This document shows positions 8,372 to 17,700 of a DNA stretch of 38,020 nt, in pieces. Origin of the DNA: a virus (Duplodnaviria > Caudoviricetes); the IMG/VR virus record IMGVR_UViG_3300025403_000020, positions 1-38,020 of that record. One strand, written 5' to 3'. The notes under the pieces are model-generated. The model had not been told where the DNA came from. It saw only the letters and a program-made list of their open reading frames with translations, and did not search any database. How positions within the stretch are numbered: the first letter of the stretch is position 1; the number at the start of each line of letters is the position of its first letter. The position numbers and the translations under genes are program-made.

Positions 8372-11300
8372 ATGGCAAATATTGAACTTAAGATAGTCGC
8401 ACTAGGTGACTTCTCAAGTGTAAATGCCCAAATAAAAGCCCTTCAAGCACAAGTTGAATTACTTCAAACAAGTGTAGCTGGCGTTGGTTTAAAGCCAGAG
8501 ATGGCAAACCAATTAAAGAATGTTCAATCTGAATTTTCTAATGCTTTAATGTCAAGTGGTAATTTTACAAAACAAACAGTACAGCTCACATCAGAAACAC
8601 AAAAATTTGGACAAGCCCTTCAATCTGGTAGATTAAGTCTTGGTCAATATTTTGGAATTATAACTGGAAGATCTGCATCTGCACAAAAATCTGTACAGGC
8701 ACTAGCAGTTGAGCAAGTTAAATTAAATAATTCTATAGTTCAAACAGATATTACAAAGCAAGGGGTATATAGTGTTTATACTCCAACAAAGATTGATGAA
8801 CTATCTCATTCTACTGAGATTGCAGCAGCTAAACAAAATATTTATAATCTTGCTGTTAAAGAAGGATCTACACAGCTTATTAACTTTGGTAAAAATACAC
8901 AGTGGGCTGGTCGTCAGTTAACTGTTGGTCTTGCAATGCCAGCTATTCTTTTTGGCAGTCAAGCAGTTACAGCATTTAAAGCAGTAAATACAGAATTAAC
9001 AAGATTACAAAGACTTTATGGTGAAGGTCTTACTCCTCCAAGTCAAGCACAACTTAATCAGATTTCTGGTCAAGTTCTTAATCTTGGAAAAAATATTGCT
9101 TCAAGTATGGGTATTGCCCAGTCTGAGACCGTTAAAGTTGCAGCTAATTTTGCTGCTATGGGTATTCAAGGACAAAATCTTCTTAATATAACTACTCAAA
9201 CACAAAGACTTTCAAAGTTGGGTGCTATTGATGCTACACAAGCAACTGCAGCTATTGTATCTTTACAGAATGTTTATAAAGTAAGTACACAAGATTTAGG
9301 TAATGCTGTTAACTTCTTATCATCTATGCAGAAGCAAACAACAATGTCTCTTTCTGATATGACAGATGCTATTCCACGTGTTGGTCCAATTATGGCACAA
9401 TTAGGTGGAACATATAAAGATACTGCTGTTATGTTGCTTGCTATGAAAGAAGCGGGAGTTCCAGCAGTACAAGCTGCTAACGCATTGAAATCTGCTATGG
9501 CATCTATTATTGCCCCTACATCTGCAGCAACAAAAGAGTTTGCATCATTTGGAATTAATCTTGCAACAATTAAAAATGCAGGAACACCAGTACAAATGAT
9601 TGAAGCTTTACAGTCAAGTCTTGTTAAACTTGCACCGTTGGCAAGAGAACAACTTATTGAAAAATTATTTGGTAAATTTCAATTTGCTCGTGTTTCAGCA
9701 CTTCTTGATAATTTTGGAAGAGTAGGATCTCAAACACAAAATGCTTTGAAAGTTGCTGGTGCTACAAATGCACAACTTGCAACTTTAGCAGGTCAAGAAA
9801 TGGCTCAAGCCACACAGTCTACAACTGCTAAGTGGCAAAGAGCTATTGAAACATTAAAAGCAGATTTATATCCAATCGGTCAAAAGATTCTTGAAGTCGG
9901 AACAAAAATTATTGATTTTGGTCAAAAGATTGCTGATTTCTTTAATCGTCTTCCAGGTCCAATTAAATCTGGACTTGGAATTCTTCTCACCCTTGGAGTA
10001 CTTTCTGGTCCAATTATTATGATAACTGGTTTGCTTGCAAACTTAATGGGGCAGGGCATGAAAGTAGGCTATAGCCTACTAGGAATTATTGATGGAACTA
10101 AAAAGTGGAAAGATTTGATGACTCCAACATCTATTGCAGCAAAAACTGCAACTGATGTATTTAATGAAGGCATAATGACAAATGTTGAGTCAATTGATCA
10201 ACTTAATGCAGCACTTGTAATAATGATAGATAATCTTGCTAAAATTAATATGGGTCAAATGACTAGTGCTGGCGGGGTGCTAGGTTCAGTTGAAAAAGCA
10301 GCAGCAGCAGAATTAGCAAGTGGTCAATTGTTGCTACCAGAAATGGCAACAGGTGGATTTGTTCCAGGAAATCCTTCAGATGGCGATGCTTATCCTGCAA
10401 TGTTAATGGGCGGGGAAGCAGTTATTCCAACAGGTCCCGCTAAAACATATGCTCCATTTATTAATGCAATGATTAATGGAAATTTGCCAATGCATGCAAG
10501 AGGCAGAAGAGCGGGAGAAGTTGGAATACAATCAATAGGAAGCAACATTCAATCAGCATCCGCATTGGACGTTCCTTTAGATAAAGAAGACAGTAAGTTT
10601 GCAACAGGAGAAAATGCTTCATATCGTGGTACATTTACAGCAGCAACTCCTTCACACCAATTTAATTCTAGGTTAACTGGTAGAAGTGCTAATCCTCAAG
10701 AGTGGTTAGATTTTGCAAATAAAGAAGGTGGAAGAGGAGCAAGAGCAAATAGTGGTCTTTATCAATTCTTAAAACAACAAACAACGGTTTCAGATTCAGA
10801 AAAAACTCAAATATTGAATGATGCACATAAAATTATTACAGATCATTTTGCAAAAATGGCTCAAGAAGGTAAAACACTTTCAGATCAGGAATTTTCAAAA
10901 GTATTTGCAAATGCAAATGATACAGCACTAGCAGATTTGTTAAATAGAGATTCTATGGTTAAAGAAAATTATTTAAGAGAAACTTCAGCAATAGGTAGTG
11001 CATCAACTCCAGGAAAAAGAAGAGCAAATGAAAAAATTAGTGGTATTTCTATATCTTCCATAAAAGATAGATTTAGTACAATGCAAGATTATAGAAAAAC
11101 TGGTACAGATGAAAGAAAAGAATTTAATGATGAGGCAGTTCAATCTCACATTGTTCATCCTAATTTATTAAGAAGGGTTATGGGTGTTAGATCTCCAAAT
11201 GTAAGTGTTTATGGAGCAGAAGGGGTTTTAGGAAGAGCAGAAATTGATGCATTAGAAGGCTCTGGTGCAGCAGCTGGAAAAGCCGTAGATACTGGTGCAA

Positions 11301-14212
11301 GAAGCAAAAGTGGTACAGATGCAAATTCTCCTTCTAAAAAGGGAGTTAAAACAGGTGAAGATTATGTGGCAGGACTTAAAGAAGGCGTTACAGTAGCTGC
11401 TCCATCTTTATTGACAGAAGGAAAACAAGTTGCTTCAACAATGCATGATGGAGTTGATGAAGGACTTAATGGATCAACAGGAACTTCAAGAATTCAAGGA
11501 ATATTTAACAAGGCATTTGGAGCTAACTCTAAAGTTGGCGGTATGATGTCTAGATTCTCTAGCATGGGAATGATGGGTAAGATGGGCGTTGGTATGGGGT
11601 TGGGAGCTGTTACTCAAATGGCTTCACCTATGATTAATAAACTTCCAGGCGGTGGATTAATTTCTGAAGCTATGACAGGTGCATCAATGGGCGCAGGATT
11701 CGGACCTTGGGGTATGGCAGCAGGAGCTGCTTTAACTCTTGTTGGTGGTGGCATTAAAGCGTTAATGGCTGCAGAAAAACTTCATTCACAAGAATCTGCT
11801 GCAGACTTCAAAGTAAGCTCAGATGCAATTCAATTTATGGGATTGCAAGTTAAAAATCTTGATCCCGTAATGACATCATTTTCGTCTACAATTCAAACTA
11901 CAACAGGATCTGTCAATGAATTAGGTGGAAGTATAGCAGGAAAAGGTCTTGCATATACTAATAATCAACTAAGTCAATTTAAATTATTAATCAATCAGCT
12001 TCCTAAAGATAATAATCTATCTTTAGTTATGCAGCAACTAAAGTCTACAAGTGACTCAAATGTAGCTAAAAATATTGCTGAACAATTTGTTGCAATACAA
12101 ATGGCAGTACAAGGAATGCCTGCAGATAAAGCTCAACAACTTCTTCAGCTAATGCTTACAGCAAGTGGTCATTCAGGCGTAGCTGCTTCAGCTAATGCTC
12201 CAGCAAATCAAATTAAAGCGATTGGTCAATCTATAACTTCTGTATATGGAGATGCTACTAAATTAAACAGTTTGCTTGGTCAAATAATTGGAACTAATAT
12301 TAATACAACAGGATGGACAAATTTTAAATCTGTTCTTGATGCAATAGCAGCATCTGCTACAGGGGCAGAAGGAGTAGTCTCTGGTTTAGTTTCATATCTT
12401 AATTCAATAGGTAATACTGCAGGAGCATCAGCTATTAAAGGATTGCAAGGAGCAGGCTGGAGTCCTTCAGATCTTGCAGCAATTGAGTATGCAGCTACAC
12501 ATGGAATTAATGTAAATACAACTAATAAAGCAAAGCCAGGATATGTTAGTGTAACACCAGGAAATGCAGAATCTATATTATCTTCTAAAAAGATTCTTGA
12601 GCAAGAGGCAGCCTGGCAGAAAAAAGTCTCAGATGAAACATCAGGTGCTACTTCTTCAACAAATGCTTCAACAGCTGCAATTCAGTCTAATACTGAAGCT
12701 TTAACTCAAGAGCAAAAAAAGCTTGATGCTAAACTAAAATCTTTACAAGATTTACAAAGACAACAAAATCAAGCAACATCTTATGCAACAACAAAAGAAG
12801 ATTTAAAAAATCAAATTATAATGGCACAATCAACAGGAGATAACCTTAAAGCACAACTATTGCAACAACAATTGTTAGGTACAACCAGTGATTATAATTT
12901 ACAGAATAAGGTTGATTCTGCACAACAAGCTTCTGATGCAAATAGATTACTTTTAGATAATGCAACTGCAAATTCTACAGCACAAATTGCTGCAACAAAT
13001 GCTACAACTGCTGCAGTTACGGCGGGAGCTAATCAAGTTGCATCTGCAGTAGCAGGTGGTGCAAAGGGTGGAGATATTGCCACAGATAAAACCAATAATG
13101 CTCCAGATTTAACTTCAAAGTTTGGAACTGCAAAAGGACAAAATAACGGTGGATATACAGGACAATGGACTCGTTCAAAACAAGGTGTTGATGCTACAGG
13201 CCAGCTAGAAACAAGCCCTGATGGTACACCAAAAATGGAAAAAGTTTTAACAGCACAAGGTTTACGAGCAATTGTTAAGGCAGATAATCTAAAATCTGGT
13301 CAGACATTTAGTTATTTAGGTCAAAGCTATAGAGTTAAGCATAACGGTGACGCAACTTGGCTAGGCTCTGGAGCTGTTGCAGCATCTGGAAGCCAAATTC
13401 ATGGAATTAAAAATCCATTAATAATAAATCAAACAATGTTTGAAGCAGCAACAAAAAATTATATGAAAAATAAAGATGGATATAATGAAAAAGATATTAC
13501 GAAATCTTTTGAAAATTCATATATTAATTCTATGAAAAAAGAACCAAATTCTTTATGGCAAGTTTTGCAAGAGATGTCAGTTCCAAAAGTTTCTGATGGA
13601 GAATATGTTAAGCTACCTTGGGGCACAGTTGGACAAAGTGATGATAACTCAGGTACTTTAAAGTTTGCCAAAGGCGGAGTGGCTAGAACTAATTCTTCAA
13701 TAACTTATCATAAACAACATATGAATCGTCAAGCCCGTCACTTTGATACTGGTGGACATATTACAGGCCCAGGAACTGCAACATCTGATTCAATCCCAGC
13801 AATGCTTTCAAATGGTGAATATGTAATTAAAGCAAGTTCAGTTGCACATTACGGCAAAGGAACATTTGATGCTCTTAATGCTGTGAGATTGGCTAAGGGC
13901 GGAGTAGCTAGAACTAACTCATCTATTACCTTTCATAAACAACATATGAATAGACAAGCAAGACACTTTGCAGTTGGAGGATATGTTCCTTCTGCAGTAT
14001 CAGGACTAATGTCTCTTTCCCATCCAGCTTTTGCATCTGGTGGATTTGTAAATGCACCAATATCTGCAAATAATGGCAATATAGTATATAATATAAATGT
14101 GACTGCTCCAGGCAGTAATGCAAATGAAATCGCAAAGGTAGTTATGGATACTCTTAAGCAAGCAGAACAAAGAATGGCTATGAGTGGAAGAAAGACTAGG
14201 GTGGGTCAATAA
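8372..14212 (+). CDS. Tape measure protein (1946 aa)
   Basis: Long Ala/Gln-rich helical protein after the chaperones. TP901-type core region. C-terminal GGHITGPGTATSDSIPAMLSNGEYVI motif typical of TMPs. Confidence 0.95.
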   Translation: MANIELKIVALGDFSSVNAQIKALQAQVELLQTSVAGVGLKPEMANQLKNVQSEFSNALMSSGNFTKQTVQLTSETQKFGQALQSGRLSLGQYFGIITGRSASAQKSVQALAVEQVKLNNSIVQTDITKQGVYSVYTPTKIDELSHSTEIAAAKQNIYNLAVKEGSTQLINFGKNTQWAGRQLTVGLAMPAILFGSQAVTAFKAVNTELTRLQRLYGEGLTPPSQAQLNQISGQVLNLGKNIASSMGIAQSETVKVAANFAAMGIQGQNLLNITTQTQRLSKLGAIDATQATAAIVSLQNVYKVSTQDLGNAVNFLSSMQKQTTMSLSDMTDAIPRVGPIMAQLGGTYKDTAVMLLAMKEAGVPAVQAANALKSAMASIIAPTSAATKEFASFGINLATIKNAGTPVQMIEALQSSLVKLAPLAREQLIEKLFGKFQFARVSALLDNFGRVGSQTQNALKVAGATNAQLATLAGQEMAQATQSTTAKWQRAIETLKADLYPIGQKILEVGTKIIDFGQKIADFFNRLPGPIKSGLGILLTLGVLSGPIIMITGLLANLMGQGMKVGYSLLGIIDGTKKWKDLMTPTSIAAKTATDVFNEGIMTNVESIDQLNAALVIMIDNLAKINMGQMTSAGGVLGSVEKAAAAELASGQLLLPEMATGGFVPGNPSDGDAYPAMLMGGEAVIPTGPAKTYAPFINAMINGNLPMHARGRRAGEVGIQSIGSNIQSASALDVPLDKEDSKFATGENASYRGTFTAATPSHQFNSRLTGRSANPQEWLDFANKEGGRGARANSGLYQFLKQQTTVSDSEKTQILNDAHKIITDHFAKMAQEGKTLSDQEFSKVFANANDTALADLLNRDSMVKENYLRETSAIGSASTPGKRRANEKISGISISSIKDRFSTMQDYRKTGTDERKEFNDEAVQSHIVHPNLLRRVMGVRSPNVSVYGAEGVLGRAEIDALEGSGAAAGKAVDTGARSKSGTDANSPSKKGVKTGEDYVAGLKEGVTVAAPSLLTEGKQVASTMHDGVDEGLNGSTGTSRIQGIFNKAFGANSKVGGMMSRFSSMGMMGKMGVGMGLGAVTQMASPMINKLPGGGLISEAMTGASMGAGFGPWGMAAGAALTLVGGGIKALMAAEKLHSQESAADFKVSSDAIQFMGLQVKNLDPVMTSFSSTIQTTTGSVNELGGSIAGKGLAYTNNQLSQFKLLINQLPKDNNLSLVMQQLKSTSDSNVAKNIAEQFVAIQMAVQGMPADKAQQLLQLMLTASGHSGVAASANAPANQIKAIGQSITSVYGDATKLNSLLGQIIGTNINTTGWTNFKSVLDAIAASATGAEGVVSGLVSYLNSIGNTAGASAIKGLQGAGWSPSDLAAIEYAATHGINVNTTNKAKPGYVSVTPGNAESILSSKKILEQEAAWQKKVSDETSGATSSTNASTAAIQSNTEALTQEQKKLDAKLKSLQDLQRQQNQATSYATTKEDLKNQIIMAQSTGDNLKAQLLQQQLLGTTSDYNLQNKVDSAQQASDANRLLLDNATANSTAQIAATNATTAAVTAGANQVASAVAGGAKGGDIATDKTNNAPDLTSKFGTAKGQNNGGYTGQWTRSKQGVDATGQLETSPDGTPKMEKVLTAQGLRAIVKADNLKSGQTFSYLGQSYRVKHNGDATWLGSGAVAASGSQIHGIKNPLIINQTMFEAATKNYMKNKDGYNEKDITKSFENSYINSMKKEPNSLWQVLQEMSVPKVSDGEYVKLPWGTVGQSDDNSGTLKFAKGGVARTNSSITYHKQHMNRQARHFDTGGHITGPGTATSDSIPAMLSNGEYVIKASSVAHYGKGTFDALNAVRLAKGGVARTNSSITFHKQHMNRQARHFAVGGYVPSAVSGLMSLSHPAFASGGFVNAPISANNGNIVYNINVTAPGSNANEIAKVVMDTLKQAEQRMAMSGRKTRVGQ
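13667..13981 (+). repeat. Two diverged copies of a 26-codon unit in the TMP (13667-13744 and 13892-13969)
   Basis: AKGGVARTNSSIT(Y/F)HKQHMNRQARHF occurs twice, 225 nt apart. Each copy is followed by xxGG. Confidence 0.95.
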
Positions 14213-14742
14213 TGTCAAGTTTAATTAATGCTGGCTTTGAAGTATCCCTAGATAATACTACTTGGTATTATATTACAGATGATAACCGTCAACCAATAAA
14301 GATTGCTTATGAAGTTATTGAAAAAACTAGTCGTATGGCTGATGGAACATTAAGAAGATACGTTGTTGCTAGAAAATATAAGATTACCGCCTCATGGCAG
14401 AATACTTGGAGTAGTACCGCCAATACTTCTGATGGTAATAAAGGCGGGGCTTGGTTGAAGTCCTTTTATGAAGCTAATGCATTCGTACCTATCTATGTTA
14501 GATTAACCGTTGCTTCAGTAAATACACAAAGTATATCTACAACATCTGGATTTACTCCTACAGAAGTTGTTGCAAGTCCATATGTATATACAAATACAGA
14601 TACATATGTGCCATCATTTTCTGCAAATCAATCAGGAAATATGACTTATTATGGTTTTATAACTAATTTTGATTATGAGGTTTCTAAACGTAACATTAAA
14701 TATGATTTCGTTAATATCAATATAGAATTTACGGAGATCTGA
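14212..14742 (+). CDS. Putative distal tail protein / minor tail protein
   Basis: First gene after the TMP, translationally coupled (TAATG). Motif RMADGTLRRYVVA. Confidence 0.65.
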   Translation: MSSLINAGFEVSLDNTTWYYITDDNRQPIKIAYEVIEKTSRMADGTLRRYVVARKYKITASWQNTWSSTANTSDGNKGGAWLKSFYEANAFVPIYVRLTVASVNTQSISTTSGFTPTEVVASPYVYTNTDTYVPSFSANQSGNMTYYGFITNFDYEVSKRNIKYDFVNINIEFTEI

Positions 14743-17700
14743 TGCTAGGTTCATCCACAATACAGCAATACTTTGCTTCAGGTAAATCACACTATATATC
14801 CCCTCAAGTTGCTTTTGAGTGGAACTATAATTTATTTTATGCTCCATATTTGACAACAAATGGATCACCTACAAAAATTTCTATATCAGATAGTTGGTCA
14901 AGTACAAACAATACAATAACTACTGTTCCAAGCGGAAGATCTACTACAGTATTTCTAAATGATACGGGTCAAACGACCAGATCTTGTATATCTATAAACA
15001 CAACTAATAATTCAAGTTTTGCGGGATTTGGTGATGCATCAATTACTTTAAGTGAAATATCATCTACCACTAATGCTTATAAAGTAACATTCTTTGCAAA
15101 AGTAGATAGAGATGCACAAGTCAATCTATCAGCTTTGGCATACATTGATTCTCATAGAGCACACTCATCTTCTCAAATAATAGATAGTATCCAGTGGACA
15201 AAGTTTGAAATTTACTTAAGCTCCCAACCATTAGGCACAGCGTATTCTTCACCAACTATTTCATTGCATCATAATTCATTAGATGGAGCTACAACATATG
15301 GAGTTTTAATTGATCAACTTGAAGTTCATCTAACAAGTGATTTTGAGTATAAATATGGCAACCTGTGGAGTACAGCTGCACCATTTAATGCATTTAGACC
15401 AGGAGAAAGTTTTGTTCCTTCAGGTAATTCTTTATGTCAATTGCCTTCAAATTTTAGAAAAATTAATACAGATTTAAGTATTTCTACGGGATCTCAAGTA
15501 AGTAATTATAAGTGGAATTCACAAACTATGCCAGTAAGTCCTGTTGTTTACCACCCTACCCTTCTTGGAACCAATGCTCCAAACTTTAATCCTATTTATA
15601 AAAATGGATCATTATCAGAATGGTCACAATATAAATATTTTGTTGCAGATTCATCAATACCAACAATTTCTGCTGTGTACGATCAGCTTTTGAATGTAAA
15701 CAAAATTGTAATTAAATTTAACACTGTGTATTCTGTACCATCATCATTTACAGTTACTTTGGGCGGTTTCACAAATACTGCTTCTGGTAGTAATACAACA
15801 GTATACTCTTATAGCACTACTTTAATAAATTCAGATATAGATAGTTCAGGAACATGCATCTTGTACTACAACTCAGCTGGTGGATGGTTGACAGGAACCA
15901 ATCCTAGCGGTCCTTGGACTGGAACAGCAGATACCACTTCTGTGCCAGGAACTCCATCTTTTGATTATCAGGGAAATATAAAATTTGGAGGAGCTAAGGG
16001 CGGAACTGTAAATGCAACAGTTCAAATAAACTCTATACAAGTTACACAAAATTCTTCAACAGTAAATAGTGCCTATTCATCTTATACTTCTGTAGATGAA
16101 AATTTGACAGGCACAGGTTCTAAGGTTGATAAGACATCAGAATTTCAAAGAATGCAAATTGTTGAGATATCCCCTAGACTTGAAGTTGATGTATCTTATT
16201 ACACAATGTCTGTTCAAACAGATGCGGAATTAGATAATCAACAAAACCCATTGCCAATATCTCAAATATCTTCTAATATGGCTACAATAACATTAAGTAG
16301 CATACCTTTGAATGTAAGCAATACCATTGTAAGTTTATTTTCAAACAATTCAACAAATTCAGTATTAAAGGGTTTGTTTAAAAACTATGTGAAATGTTAT
16401 GTCGGATATAGAATCCTAGATTCAGTTACAGGATCTTCCAGCTCAGATAAAGTTATCCCAGGCGGAGTATTCTATGTTGATACATGGGATATAAGCGATG
16501 TTGAACAAACTGTTGTTACCGCTTATGATATAACCAAATATTTACAGTTAGTGCAACCAACAGATTATGTTTCACAGTCTGAAGATGGATTTAGATTAAT
16601 AAGTAATATTTTAGATTTTGCAGGATTTACAGACTATGACTATGATAGTCTTAAAAAGATAACTTCTTCAAAACATACAGATACTTCTGGAATACAAACT
16701 ACATCTCAGACTCCTATAAGAATAAGATATTTTTATGTAGATGGATCTCAACAAAAAGTTTTTGACGTATTAAGAGAAATACTTGAAGCATATCAAATTG
16801 CAGCATATGTTGACTCTTATGGAGTTTTAAAGTTTATAAATATTGATGGAATCTTTGATCCAAGCAATCCTATTAATATGCAACTGCATGATACAACAGG
16901 CGGGGTTTCTGTAACAGGAATAAGCGGTACTAATATTAATGATGGTTATGCTAATAGTCTAACTATTGATCCTAATATAGTTATTGATACTTTTACAGAA
17001 ACAACAAAAACCAAAGTTGGAAAAGCAACCTTAACATATAAGACCCCACAAATTGAAAAGACTATTTCTTCCGACCCTAGACTAGCCAATAGCTCAAATC
17101 TTTATGTAGATTTTGCACCAACATTTATGGATTCCACAAATGCTATCTGGGATTCAACTATTGATGATGCTGCGACATATAATACATTAGCATCAACAAT
17201 GAAACAGTCAGATACATACTTTACTGTGCCTTCTTATGAAGCAACCGCAGCATCAACACAAGATATTAACTTTAGATCATATAGCATAGACCATGACGGT
17301 TATGGAATTATTGAAAATGAAATTGTAAGTTTTCAATATAAAGAGTGGGCATTCACTGGGACAGGTGCTGATAATTCTATTTATAATAGATCAATATTGA
17401 ACTCAGCAGATTTTGCAGCACAGCAAGCAGAGATAAATAATTTGTTTGGAAATAATCCATATACTGCTGCTGCAACAGGAAGAATAACAAATGTAAAAAG
17501 AGGTCAGTTTAATACTCCAGTCTCAGATCATATTGTTATGGCTAGCCTAGCAGATATACAAACAAAGTTTAATACAGGGTCATTAACTCCATCTATTATA
17601 AATGGAAATATTGCTATAACTCAAAAAGTAGGGGCTTTTGCTTATTTATCTGCAAATGATCCAGGTGTCAGCTCAAGTGTGTATAATACATTTTCTACAA

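Noticed and set aside
13667-13969. TMP duplication as a DGR template/variable repeat pair
   Set aside because: Differences are almost all synonymous and not adenine-specific. Both copies are in frame in one gene, and there is no reverse transcriptase in the window.
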